From: Auanema rhodensis
Taxonomy: Eukaryota > Animalia > Nematoda
Assembly (NCBI GenBank): GCA_964057225.1
Contig: OZ059895.1
Span: 10,850,001-10,914,000, forward strand
Length of the DNA stretch: 64,000 bases
Direction of reading: 5' to 3'
The position numbers and the translations under genes are program-made. Shown here in pieces: positions 1 to 13,534 of this stretch. The notes beneath the pieces were generated by a model that saw only the letters and a program-made list of their open reading frames with translations, was not told the DNA's origin and ran no database searches. Within the stretch, counting starts at the first letter, position 1; every line of letters begins with the position of its first letter.

Positions 1-3000
1 TTTTAACAATCATAACACGTTAAAAGTACGCCATGCAGCTGATTTTTAATTTTGTCTCTTCCGTAACAAATTTATTCAATTTTCAAGCAGTTTTACTTAG
101 ATAGCTCAAACCACGGCAGCAAATTATCTTCAATCTTATTTCTATATTACAGTTATGAACCAGTAGTTAATGAACCTACATGGCCGGTTAGTAGTTGGAT
201 CGGAGACGGCTTGGGAATCCCGGGTGGCGTAAGCTTTTCAAATTTTTTTAACAATCATAACACGTTAAAAGTACGCCATGCAGCTGATTTTTAATTTTGT
301 CTCTTCCGTAACAAATTTATTCAATTTTCAAGCAGTTTTACTTAGACAGCTCAACCCAAGGCAGCAAATTATCTTTAATCTTGATTCTATATTACAGCTA
401 TGAACCAGTAGTTAATGAACCTACATGGCCGGTTAGTAGTTGGATCGGAGACGGCTTGGGAATCCCGGGTGGCGTAAGCTTTTCAAATTTTTTTAACAAT
501 CATAACACGTTAAAAGTACGCCATGCAGCTGATTTTTAATTTTGTCTCTTCCGTAACAAATTTATTCAATTTTCAAGCAGTTTTACTTAGACAGCTCAAC
601 CCAAGGCAGCAAATTATCTTCAATCTTATTTCTATATTACAGTTATGAACCAGTAGTTAATGAACCTTCATGGCCCGGTTAGTAGTTGAATCGGAGACGG
701 CTTGGGAATCGCGGGTGGCGTAAGCTTTTTAAATTTTTTTAACAATTATAACACGTTGAAAGTACGCCATGCAGCTGACTTTTAATTTTGTCTCTTCCGT
801 AATAAATGTTTTCAATTTTCAATCAGTTCTACTTAGATAGCTCAACCCAAGGCATCAAAATATCTTCAATCTAATTTTTATATAACAGTTATAAACCGGT
901 AGTTAATGAACCTTCATCTTAACTTTACGGTTTCTATCTTTTTCCTATCGTAACAAACATTGTTAAAACACTATACAACTGAAACATTTTTTAATTTATT
1001 GTATTTGGAGCTCATAAGATTTGATATCATCGAGGGATTCAGATGAAACGTGGAAAATTACGTAACTAACACAGAAGCTCGAACAGTGGAAGACGAAGGA
1101 AAAAATGGAATCGCACTAGAACTACCTCATATAGGACTAATATGGGATATAATGATGACGAACTGGAAATGGATCATGCCGCTTGTAGCCGTGATTGCCG
1201 CTGTTATATACTTCCTCTCTACTTCTGCTTCATTCTACATGCCAGCTCTTCTATCGGTCATACTTTCCTACTGCTGTTTGAAAAACACCAGTAATCCCCC
1301 GGTTGCAGTATCAGGAAATGCCTGATTAAATTACATTTCACCCATTGACCTAGTAAATATATTAAGATATCTGATTACAATATTAACATATCTGAATACT
1401 ATTTCAAGAAAACTACTTACTTAGACAGCTCAACCCAAGGCAGCAAATTATCTTCAATCTCATTTCTATATTACAGTTATGAACCAGTAGTTAATGAACC
1501 TTCATGGCCCGGTTAGTAGTTGAATCGGAGACGGCTTGGGAATCCCGGGTGGCGTAAGCTTTTTAAATTTTTTTAACAATCATAACACGTTGAAAGTACG
1601 CCATGCAGCTGATTTTCAATTTTGTCTCTTCTGTAATAAATATTTTCAATTTTCAAACAGTTTTACTTAGATAGCTCAACCCACGGCAGCAAATTATCTT
1701 TAATCTTATTTCTATACTACAGTTATGAACCAGTAGTTAATGAACCTTCATGGCCCGGTTAGTAGTTGAATTGGATACGGCTTGGGAATCCCGGGTGGCG
1801 TAAGCTTTTTAAATTTTTTTAACAATCATAACACGTTGAAAGTACGCCATGCAGCTTATTTTTAATTTTGTCTCTTCCGTAATAAATTTATTCAATTTTC
1901 AAACACTTTTACTTAGATAGCTCAACTCACGGCAGCAATATATCTTCAATCTGATTCCTATATTACAGTTATGAACCAGTAGTTAATGAACCTTCATGGC
2001 CCGGTTAGTAGTTGGATCGGAGACAGCTTAGGAAACCCGGGTGCCGTAAGCTTCTCAAATTTTTTTAACAATCATAACACGTTGAAAGTACGCCATGCAG
2101 CTGATTTTCAATTTTATCTCTTCCGTAACAAATGTTTTCAATTTTCAATCAGTTCTACTTAGATAGCTCAACCCAAGGCATCAAAATATCTTTAATCTAA
2201 TTTCTATATCACAGTTATAAACCGGTGGTTAATGAACCTTCATCTTAACTTTACGGTTTCTATCTTTTTCCTATTGTAACAAACATTGTGTAAACACTGT
2301 ACAACTGTAAAACCTTTTTTAATTTATTGTATTTGGAGCTCATAAGATTCGATATCATCGAGGGATTCAGATGGAACGTGGAAAATTACGTAACTAACAC
2401 AGAAGCTCGAATAGTGGAAGACGAAGGAAAAAATGGAATCGCACTAGAACTACCTCATATAGGACTAATATGGGATATAATGATGACGAACTGGAAATGG
2501 ATCATGCCGCTTGTAGCCGTGATTGCCGCTGTTATATAATTCCTCTCTACTTCTGCTTCATTCTACATGCCAGCTCTTCTATCGGTCATACTTTCCTACT
2601 GCTGTTTGAAAAACACCAGTAATCCCCCGGTTGCAGTATCAGGAAATGCCTGATTAAATTACATTTCACCCATTGACCTAGTAGATATATTAAGATATCT
2701 GATTACAATATTGACATATCTGAATACTATTTCAAGAAAACTACTTACTTAGATAGCTCAACCCAAGGCAGCAAATTATCTTCAATCTCATTTCTATATT
2801 ACAGTTATGAACCAGTAGTTAATGAACCTTCATGGCCCGGTTAGTAGTTGAATCGGAGACGGCTTGGGAATCCCGGGTGGTGTAAGCTTTTTAAATTTTT
2901 TTAACAATCATAACACGTTGAAAGTACGCCATGCAGCTGATTTTCAATTTTGTCTCTTCTGTAATAAATGTTTTCAATTTTCAAACAGTTTTACTTAGAT

Positions 3001-5888
3001 AGCTCAACCCACGGCAGCAAATTATCTTTAATCTTATTTCTATACTACAGTTATGAACCAGTAGTTAATGAACCTTCATGGCCCGGTTAGTAGTTGAATC
3101 GGAGACGGCTTGGGAATCCCGGGTGGCGTAAGCTTTTTAAATTTTTTTAACAATCATAACACGTTGAAAGTACGCCATGCAGCTGATTTTTAGTTTTGTC
3201 TCTTCCGTAACAAATTTATTCAATTTTCAAACACTTTTACTCAGATAGCTCAACTCACGGCAGCAGTATATCTCCATTCTTATTTCTATATCACAGTTAT
3301 AAACCGGTGGTTAATGAACCTTCATCTTAACTTTACGGTTTCTATCTTTTTCCTATTGTAACAAACATTGTGTAAACACTATACAACTGTAAAACCTTTT
3401 TTAATTTATTGTATTTGGAGCTCATAAGATTTGATATCATCGAGGGATTCAGATGGAACGTGGAAAATTACATAACTAACACAGAAGCTCGAACAGTGGA
3501 AGACGAAGAAAAAAATGGAATCGCACTAGAACTACCTCATATAGGACTAATATGGGATATAATGATGACGAACTGGAAATGGATCATGCCGCTCGTAGCC
3601 GTGATTGCCGCTGTTATATACGTCCTCTCTATTTCTGCTTCATTCTTCATGCCAGCTCTTATATCGGTCATACTTTCCTACTGCTGTTTGAAAAACACCA
3701 GTAATCCCCCGGTTGCAGTATCAGGAAATGCCTGATTAAATTACATTTCACCCATTGACCTAGTAGATATATTAAGATATCTGATTACAATATTGACATA
3801 TCTGAATACTATTTCAAGAAAACTACTTACTTAGATAGCTCAACCCAAGGCAGCAAATTATCTTCAATCTCATTTCTATATTACAGTTATGAACAAGTAG
3901 TTAATGAACCTTCATGGCCCGGTTAGTAGTTGAATCGGAGACGGCTTGGGAATCCCGGGTGGCGTAAGCTTTTTAAATTTTTTTAACAATCATAACACGT
4001 TGAAAGTACGCCATGCAGCTGATTTTCAATTTTGTCTCTTCTGTAATAAATGTTTTCAATTTTCAAACAGTTTTACTTAGATAGCTCAACCCACGGCAGC
4101 AAATTATCTTCAATCTTATTTCTATACTACAGTTATGAACCAGTAGTTAATGAACCTTCATGGCCCGGTTAGTAGTTGAATCGGAGACGGCTTGGGAATC
4201 CCGGATGGCGTAAGCTTTTTAAAATTTTTTAACAATCATAACACGTTGAAAGTACGCCATGCAGCTGATTTTCAATTTTATCTCTTCCGTAACAAATGTT
4301 TTCAATTTTCAATCAGTTCTACTTAGATAGCTCAACTCACGGCAGCAATATATCTTCAATCTTATTCCTATATTACAGTTATGAACCAGTAGTTAATGAA
4401 CCTTCATGGCCCGGTTAGTAGTTGGATCGGAGACAGCTTAGGAAACCCGGGTGCCGTAAGCTTCTCAAATTTTTTTAACAATCATAACACGTTGAAAGTA
4501 CGCCATGCAGCTGATTTTTAGTTTTGTCTCTTCCGTAACAAATTTATTCAATTTTCAAACACTTTTACTCAGATAGCTCAACCCAAGGCATCAAAATATC
4601 TTTAATCTAATTTCTATATCACAGTTATAAACCGGTGGTTAATGAACCTTCATCTTAACTTTACGGTTTCTATCTTTTTCCTACTGTAACAAACATTGTG
4701 TAAACACTATACAACTGTAACACCTTTTTCAATTTATTGTATTTGGAGCTCATAAGATTTGATATCATCGAGGGATTCAGATGGAACGTGGAAAATTACA
4801 TAACTAACACAGAAGCTCGAACAGTGGAAGACGAAGAAAAAAATGGAATCGCACTAGAACTACCTCATATAGGACTAATATGGGCTATAATGATGACGAA
4901 CTGGAAATGGATCATGCCGCTTGTAGCCGTGATTGCCGCTGTTATATACGTCCTCTCTATTTCTGCTTCATTCTTCATGCCAGCTCTTATATCGGTCATA
5001 CTTTCCTACTGCTGTTTGAAAAACACCAATAATCCCCCGGTTGCAGTATCAGGAAATGCCTGATTAAATTACATTTCACCCATTGACCTAGTAGATATAT
5101 TAAGATATCTGATTACAATATTAACATATCTGAATACTATTTCAAGAAAACTACTTACTTAGATAGCTCAACCCAAGGCAGCAAATTATCTTCAATCTCA
5201 TTTCTATACTACAGTTATGAACCAGTAGTTAATGAACCTTCATGGCCCGATTAGTAGTTGGATCGGAGACGGCTTGGGAATCCCGGGTGGCGTGAGCTTT
5301 TTAAATTTTTTTAACAATTATAACACGTTGAAAGTACGCCATGCAGCTGATTTTCAATTTTATCTCTTCCGTAACAAATGTTTTCAATTTTCAAGCAGTT
5401 TTACTTAGATAACTCAACCCAAGGCAGCAAATTATCTTTAATCTTTTTTCTATATTACAGTTATGAACCAGAAGTTAATGAACCTTCATGGCCCGGTTAG
5501 TAGTTGGATCGGAGACGGCTTGGGAATCCCGGGTGGCGTAAGCTTTTTAAATTTTTTTAACAATCATAAAACGTTGAAAGTACGCCATGCAGCTGATTTT
5601 TAATTTTGTCTCTTCCGTAATAAATGTTTTCAATTTTCAATCAGTTCTACTTAGATAGCTCAACCCAAGGCATCAAAATATCTTCAATCTAATTTTTATA
5701 TAACAGTTATAAACCGGTAGTTAATGAACCTTCATCTTAACTTTACTGTTTCTATCTTTTTCCTATCTTAACAAACATTGTTAAAACACTATACAACTGA
5801 AACATTTTTTAATTTATTGTATTTGGAGCTCATAAGATTTGATATCATCGAGGGATTCAGATGGAACGTGGAAAATTACGTAACTAAC

Positions 5889-6143
5889 ACAGAAGCTCGA
5901 ACAGTGGAAGACGAAGGAAAAAATGGAATCGCACTAGAACTACCTTATATAGGACTAATATGGGATATAATGATGACGAACTGGAAATGGATCATGCCGC
6001 TTGTAGCCGTGATTGCCGCTGTTATATATTTCCTCTCTACTTCTGCTTCATTCTACATGCCAGCTCTTCTGTCGGTCATACTTTCCTACTGCTGTTTGAA
6101 AAAAACCAGTAATCCCCCGGTTGCAGTATCAGGAAATGCCTGA
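5889..6143 (+). pseudogene. Repeated C-terminal fragment of a membrane protein, possibly a retrotransposon env tail (representative copy; others at ~1070, 2399, 3481, 4809, 6969, 8518, 9600, 11150, and split 12475/26734)
   Basis: TEARTVEDEGKNG...WKWIMPLVAVIAAVIYFLSTSASFYMPALLSVILSYCC: long hydrophobic stretch then CC; fused to 5S spacer at TAACTAACA; upstream part of the listed ORFs is spacer read-through. Confidence 0.45.
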
Positions 6144-7223
6144 TTAAATTACATTTCACCCATTGACCTAGTAGATATATTAAGATATCTGATTACAATA
6201 TTAACATATCTGAATACTATTTCAAGAAAACTACTTACTTAGATAGCTCAACCCAAGGCAGCAAATTATCTTCAATCTCATTTCTATACTACAGTTATGA
6301 ACCAGTAGTTAATGAACCTTCATGGCCCGATTAGTAGTTGGATCGGAGACGGCTTGGGAATCCCGGGTGGCGTGAGCTTTTTAAATTTTTTTAACAATTA
6401 TAACACGTTGAAAGTACGCCATGCAGCTGATTTTCAATTTTATCTCTTCCGTAACAAATGTTTTCAATTTTCAAGCAGTTTTACTTAGATAACTCAACCC
6501 AAGGCAGCAAATTATCTTTAATCTTATTTCTATATTACAGTTATGAACCAGAAGTTAATGAACCTTCATGGCCCGGTTAGTAGTTGGATCGGAGACGGCT
6601 TGGGAATCCCGGGTGGCGTAAGCTTTTTAAATTTTTTTAACAATCATAAAACGTTGAAAGTACGCCATGCAGCTGATTTTTAATTTTGTCTCTTCCGTAA
6701 TAAATGTTTTCAATTTTCAATCAGTTCTACTTAGATAGCTCAACCCAAGGCATCAAAATATCTTCAATCTAATTTTTATATAACAGTTATAAACCGGTAG
6801 TTAATAAACCTTCATCTTAACTTTACTGTTTCTATCTTTTTCCTATCTTAACAAACATTGTTAAAACACTATACAACTGAAACATTTTTTAATTTATTGT
6901 ATTTGGAGCTCATAAGATTTGATATCATCGAGGGATTCAGATGGAACGTGGAAAATTACGTAACTAACACAGAAGCTCGAACAGTGGAAGACGAAGGAAA
7001 AAATGGAATCGCACTAGAACTACCTTATATAGGACTAATATGGGATATAATGATGACGAACTGGAAATGGATCATGCCGCTTGTAGCCGTGATTGCCGCT
7101 GTTATATATTTCCTCTCTACTTCTGCTTCATTCTACATGCCAGCTCTTCTGTCGGTCATACTTTCCTACTGCTGTTTGAAAAAAACCAGTAATCCCCCGG
7201 TTGCAATATCAGGAAATGCCTGA

Positions 7224-7573
7224 TTAAATTACATTTCATCCATTGACCTAGTAGATATATTGAGATATCTGATTACATTATTAAGATATCTGAATACAAT
7301 TTCAAGAAAATACTGATCATTATCTTATTATTGCGCAACACTAACCCTCCCATTGTATCAACTTTCTAAACAACCTCAAACCATATATAAGCTCGAAGAT
7401 ACGAGCCATTTTTCACTCTTAATTTAATTCTACCACTGAACCTATACCGATCTTATAATAAACTCTTCTCATTTAACTAACTGTTTGGATTCGCCACTAA
7501 CTCATATTATCCCCATTAACCGGGGAACAACCGAGTATAGACGCTCGTCATTGGGAGCATCAAAACACAAACA
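7224..7573 (+). mobile_element. LTR-like segment (copies at ~9855-10204, 11405-11754, 26873-27222)
   Basis: TATATAAG at ~7384, AATAAA at ~7457, ends CAAACA directly at 5S nt 10-12; follows the env-like ORF; no clear polypurine tract so 5' boundary uncertain. Confidence 0.5.
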
Positions 7574-7681
7574 TACCACGTTGAAAGTACGTCATCCCGT
7601 CCAATCTGGCACGTCAAGCAAAGTTGGGCCTGGTTAGTAGTTGGATCAGAGATGGCTTGGGGATCCCGGGTGCCATAAGCT
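7572..7681 (+). pseudogene. 5'-truncated 5S rRNA pseudogene (nt 10-119)
   Basis: CATACCACGTTGAAAG...TGCCATAAGCT; first 9 nt replaced by LTR-like end; substitutions in box A. Confidence 0.85.
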
Positions 7682-10202
7682 TTTCAAATTTTTTTAACGA
7701 TCATAACACGTTGAAAGTACGCCATGCAGCTGATTTTCAATTTTATTTCTTCCGTAATAAATGTTTTCAATTTTCAAGTAGTCTTACTTAGATAGCTAAA
7801 CCCAAGGAAGCAAATTATCTTTAATCTTATTTCTATATTACAGTTATGAACCAGAAGTTAATGAACCTTCATGGCCCGGTTAGTAGTTGGATCGGAGACG
7901 GCTTGGGAATCCCGGGTGGCGTAAGCTTTTTAAATTTTTTTAACAATCATAACACGTTGAAAGTACGCCATGCAGCTGATTTTCAATTTTATCTCTTCCG
8001 TAACAAATGTTTTCAATTTTCAAGCAGTTTTACTTAGATAACTCAACCCAAGGCAGCAAATTATCTTTAATCTTATTTCTATATTACAGTTATGAACCAG
8101 AAGTTAATGAACCTTCATGGCCCGGTTAGTAGTTGGATCGGAGACGGCTTGGGAATCCCGGGTGGCGTAAGCTTTTTAAATTTTTTTAACAATCATAAAA
8201 CGTTGAAAGTACGCCATGCAGCTGATTTTTAATTTTGTCTCTTCCGTAATAAATGTTTTCAATTTTCAATCAGTTCTACTTAGATAGCTCAACCCAAGGC
8301 ATCAAAATATCTTCAATCTAATTTTTATATAACAGTTATAAACCGGTAGTTAATGAACCTTCATCTTAACTTTACTGTTTCTATCTTTTTCCTATCTTAA
8401 CAAACATTGTTAAAACACTATACAACTGAAACATTTTTTAATTTATTGTATTTGGAGCTCATAAGATTTGATATCATCGAGGGATTCAGATGGAACGTGG
8501 AAAATTACGTAACTAACACAGAAGCTCGAACAGTGGAAGACGAAGGAAAAAATGGAATCGCACTAGAACTACCTTATATAGGACTAATATGGGATATAAT
8601 GATGACGAACTGGAAATGGATCATGCCGCTTGTAGCCGTGATTGCCGCTGTTATATATTTCCTCTCTACTTCTGCTTCATTCTACATGCCAGCTCTTCTG
8701 TCGGTCATACTTTCCTACTGCTGTTTGAAAAAAACCAGTAATCCCCCGGTTGCAATATCAGGAAATGCCTGATTAAATTACATTTCACCCATTGACCTAG
8801 TAGATATATCACGATATCTGATTACAATATTAACATATCTGAATACTATTTCAAGAAAACTACTTACTTAGATAGCTAAACCCAAGGAAGCAAATTATCT
8901 TTAATCTTATTTCTATATTACAGTTATGAACCAGAAGTTAATGAACCTTCATGGCCCGGTTAGTAGTTGGATCGGAGACGGCTTGGGAATCCCGGGTGGC
9001 GTAAGCTTTTTAAATTTTTTTAACAATCATAACACGTTGAAAGTACGCCATGCAGCTGATTTTCAATTTTATCTCTTCCGTAACAAATGTTTTCAATTTT
9101 CAAGCAGTTTTACTTAGATAACTCAACCCAAGGCAGCAAATTATCTTTAATCTTATTTCTATATTACAGTTATGAACCAGAAGTTAATGAACCTTCATGG
9201 CCCGGTTAGTAGTTGGATCGGAGACGGCATGGGAATCCTGGATGGCGTAAGCTTTTCAAATTTTTTTAACAATCATAACACGTTGAAAGTACGCCATGCA
9301 GCTGATTTTCAATTTTATCTCTTCCGTAACAAAATTATTCAATTTTCAAGCAGTTTTACTTAGATAGCTCAACCCACAGCAGCAAATTATCTTCAATCTT
9401 ATTCCTATGTTACAGTTATGAACCAGTAGTTAATGAACCTTCATCTTAACTTTACTGTTTCTATCTTTTTCGTATCGTAACAAACATTGTTAAAACACTA
9501 TACAACTGTGAAACATTTTTTAATTTTTTGTTTTTGGAGCTCATAAGATTTGATATCATCGAGGAATTTAGATGGAACGTGGAAATTTAAATAACTAACA
9601 CAGAAGCTCGAACAGTGGAAGACGAAGGAAAAAATGGAATCGCACTAGAACTACCTCATATAGGACTAATATGGGATATAATGATGACGAACTGGAAATG
9701 GATCATGCCGCTTGTAGCCGTGATTGCCGCTGTTATATATTTCCTCTCTACTTCTGCTTCATTCTACATGCCAGCTCTTCTGTCGGTCATACTTTCCTAC
9801 TGCTGTTTGAAAAAAACCAGTAATCCCCCGGTTGCAATATCAGGAAATGCCTGATTAAATTACATTTCATCCATTGACCTAGTAGATATATTGAGATATC
9901 TGATTACATTATTAAGATATCTGAATACAATTTCAAGAAAATACTGATCATTATCTTATTATTGCGCAACACTAACCCTCCCATTGTATCAACTTTCTAA
10001 ACAACCTCAAACCATATATAAGCTCGAAGATACGAGCCATTTTTCACTCTTAATTTAATTCTACCACTGAACCTATACCGATCTTATAATAAACTCTTCT
10101 CATTTAACTAACTGTTTGGATTCGCCACTAACTCATATTATCCCCATTAACCGGGGAACAACCGAGTATAGACGCTCGTCATTGGGAGCATCAAAACACA
10201 AA

Positions 10203-10312
10203 CATACCACGTTGAAAGTACGTCATCCCGTCCAATCTGGCACGTCAAGCAAAGTTGGGCCTGGTTAGTAGTTGGATCAGAGATGGCTTGGGGATCCCGG
10301 GTGCCATAAGCT
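10203..10312 (+). pseudogene. 5'-truncated 5S rRNA pseudogene (nt 10-119)
   Basis: Same structure as 7572-7681. Confidence 0.85.
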
Positions 10313-11752
10313 TTTCAAATTTTTTTAACGATCATAACACGTTGAAAGTACGCCATGCAGCTGATTTTCAATTTTATTTCTTCCGTAATAAATGTTTTCA
10401 ATTTTCAAGTAGTCTTACTTAGATAGCTAAACCCAAGGAAGCAAATTATCTTTAATCTTATTTCTATATTACAGCTATTAACCAAGAGGTAATGAACCTC
10501 CATGGCCGGTTAGTAGTTGGATCGGAGACGGCATGGGAATCCTGGATGGCGTAAGCTTTTCAAATTTTTTTAACAATCATAACACGTTGAAAGTACGCCA
10601 TGCAGCTGATTTTCAATTTTATCTCTTCCGTAATAAATGTTTTCAATTTTCAAGCAGTCTTACTTAGATAGCTAAACCCAAAGCAGCAAATTATCTTTAA
10701 TCTTATTTCTATATTACAGTTATGAACCAGTAGTTAATGAACCTTCACGGCCCGGTTAGTAGTTGGATCGGAGACGGCTTGGGAATTCCGGATGGCGTAA
10801 GCTTCTCAAATTTTTTTAACAATCATAACACGTTGAAAATAGGCCATGCTGCTGATTTTCAATTTTATCTCTTCCGTAACAAAATTATTCAATTTTCAAG
10901 CAGTTTTACTTAGATAGCTCAACCCACAGCAGCAAATTATCTTCAATCTTATTCCTATGTTACAGTTATGAACCAGTAGTTAATGAACCTTCATCTTAAC
11001 TTTACTGTTTCTATCTTTTTCGTATCGTAACAAACATTGTTAAAACACTATACAACTGTGAAACATTTTTTAATTTTTTGTTTTTGGAGCTCATAAGATT
11101 TGATATCATCGAGAAATTTAGATGGAACGTGGAAATTTAAATAACTAACACAGAAGCTCGAACAGTGGAAGACGAAGGAAAAAATGGAATCGCACTAGAA
11201 CTACCTCATATAGGACTAATATGGGATATAATGATGACAAACTGGAAATGGATCATACCGCTTGTAGCCGTGATTGCCGCTGTTATATACTTCTTCTCTA
11301 CTTCTGCTTTATTTTTTATGCCAGCTCTTTTATTGGTCATACTTTCCTACTGCTGTTTGAAAAAAACCAGTAATCCCCCGGTCGCAATATCAGGAAATGC
11401 CTGATTAAATTACATTTCACCCATTGACCTAGTAGATATATCACGATATCTGATTACAATATTAAGATATCTGAATACAATTTCAAGAAAATACTGATCA
11501 TTATCTTATTATTGCGCAACACTAACCTTCCCATTGTATCAACTTTCTAAACAACCTCTAACCATATATAAGCTCGAAGATACGAGCCATTTTTCACTCT
11601 CAATTTAATTCTACCACTGAACCTATACCGATCTTATAATAAACTCTTCTCATTTAACTAACTGTTTGGATTCGCCACTAACTCATATTATCCCCATTTA
11701 CCGGGGAACAACCGAGTATAGACGCTCGTCATTGGGAGCATCAAAACACAAA

Positions 11753-11862
11753 CATACCACGTTGAAAGTACGCCATCCCGTCCAATCTGGCACGTCAAGC
11801 AAAGTTGGGCCTGGTTAGTAGTTGAATCGGAGACGGCTTGGGAATCCCGGATGGCGTAAGCT
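11753..11862 (+). pseudogene. 5'-truncated 5S rRNA pseudogene (nt 10-119)
   Basis: Same structure as 7572-7681. Confidence 0.85.
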
Positions 11863-12535
11863 TTTCAAATTTTTTTAACAATCATAACACGTTGAAAGTA
11901 CGCCATGCAGCTGATTTTCAATTTTATCTCTTCCGTAACAAATTTATTCAATTTTCAAGCAGTTTTACTTAGATAGCTCAACCCACGGCAGCAAATTATT
12001 TTCAATCTTATTTCTATATTACAGTTATGAACAAGTAGTTAATGAACCTTCATGGCCCGGTTAGTAGTTGGATCGAAGACGGCTTGGGAATTCCGGATGG
12101 CGTAAGCTTTTCAAATTTTTTTAACAATCATAACACGTTGAAAGTACGCCATGCAGTCGATTTTTAATTTTGTCTCTTCCGTAACAAATTTATTCAATTT
12201 TCAAGCAGTTTTACTTAGATAGCTCAACCCACGGCAGCAAATTATCTTCAATCTTATTTCTATATTACAGTTATAAACCAGTAGTTAATGAACCTTCATC
12301 TTAACTTTACTGTTTCTATCTTTTTCCTATCGTAACAAACATTGTTTAAACACTATACAACTGTGAAACCTTTTTTAATTTATTGTATTTTGAGCTCATA
12401 AGATTTGATATCATTGAGGGATTCAGATGGAACGTGGAAATTTAAATAACTAACACAGAAGCTCGAACAGTGGAAGACGAAGGAAAAAATGGAATCGCAC
12501 TAGAACTACCTCATATAGGACTAATATGGGATATA

Positions 12536-13338
12536 AGTAGAGAGCCGTGCAAAATTTACTAACCACGCCCCCAAACAGCTGTCAAAAACATACTTTTGGG
12601 GGCGTCAGCTGCTAAAAACATACTTTTGGGGCGCGTCAGCTGTCAAAAACATATTTTTGAGCGTCAGCTGTTAAAATCATATTTTGGGATCATGGTTCAT
12701 GGATTTTCCTTTTTTAAATTTAAAAATCATGATTTAAAGCATGATTTTTTTTTTTTTAAATTATATTTTAAATTTGTTTTTTCAAATGTATGTATATAGA
12801 TTTAATTATTTTTAAATCTATTAAGTAAAAATAAAAATTATAAATTTTAAATATTTAAATATTTAAATTTTAAATATATAAATTTGTTTTTTAAATTTTA
12901 TTTAATTATTAAATTTATTAATAATGTTTGTTTACTTATTTTGTTTATTTTTTATTGTATTGTGTTTGTACTATTTTATTTGTATTTTAAAGAACAATAA
13001 AATTTTTGCATGTATATCGTTTTGTTCACCGTACTTGTTATGGGTAATTCAATGGAACACATATCGAAAGTTAATTCGATAAGAACGATATGAAATACCA
13101 AAATTTAATGGAACACATATCGAAGGTTAATTCGATAAGAACGATATGAAATTATTAATTTTTGAAATTGCGAATTGTTATTAATTATTGTAACAAGTAA
13201 AGGTTTCAAATTATAATAAAAGATTAGTTTTAAACTTTATTTTACTATTATAACAATACAATAACTAAATAGAGCACACATTGAAGGTAAATACAATAAG
13301 ATTAACAAACAGTTGCGCTGACCTCAATGAAACGCATA
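12536..13338 (+). repeat. Left terminal inverted repeat of Maverick 1
   Basis: Reverse complement of 25901-26728; contains ~30-bp CAGCTG-centred repeats (12576-12690) and a direct repeat AATGGAACACATATCGAA.GTTAATTCGATAAGAACGATATGAAAT (13051, 13107). Confidence 0.93.
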
Positions 13339-13534
13339 AAGTTAATTTAATAAGAAATAATAACAAAAATTAATCCGACGGGGACAATAAAAACAGATGT
13401 ATTCAATAAGCTTATTTATTTTAAAGTTTATCGCAACTGCTAATTTTGACAGCTGTACCCAAATCCATGTTACATAACAAATTACAATGCCAACAGCAAT
13501 GTGTAGACTGATGTATTCATTATATCAAGGTACA

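Larger units (their letters stand above)
1..12535 (+). repeat. Higher-order tandem satellite derived from 5S rDNA (246-bp monomers interspersed with a captured ORF/LTR-like segment; periods ~1080, ~1330, ~1550 bp)
   Basis: GGCCCGGTTAGTAGTTGGATCGGAGACGGCTTGGGAATCCCGG (5S nt ~65-107) recurs every 246 bp (182, 428, 672, 1506, 1752, 1998...); the ORF-bearing insert recurs 10 times; spacer matches the 5S units at 33-37 kb. Confidence 0.95.

Noticed and set aside
5160-8880. Exact copy number of near-identical higher-order units
   Set aside because: Cannot separate recent amplification from assembly expansion without reads
7846-9363. 63-aa ORFs MNQKLMNLHG... (also 27273, 32550, 33830, 36735, 45586)
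   Set aside because: Chance frames through 5S and spacer sequence; stop codons in most monomers
1-12535. CRISPR-like regular repeats
   Set aside because: Units are near-identical along their whole length with no unique spacers; eukaryotic context, no cas genes
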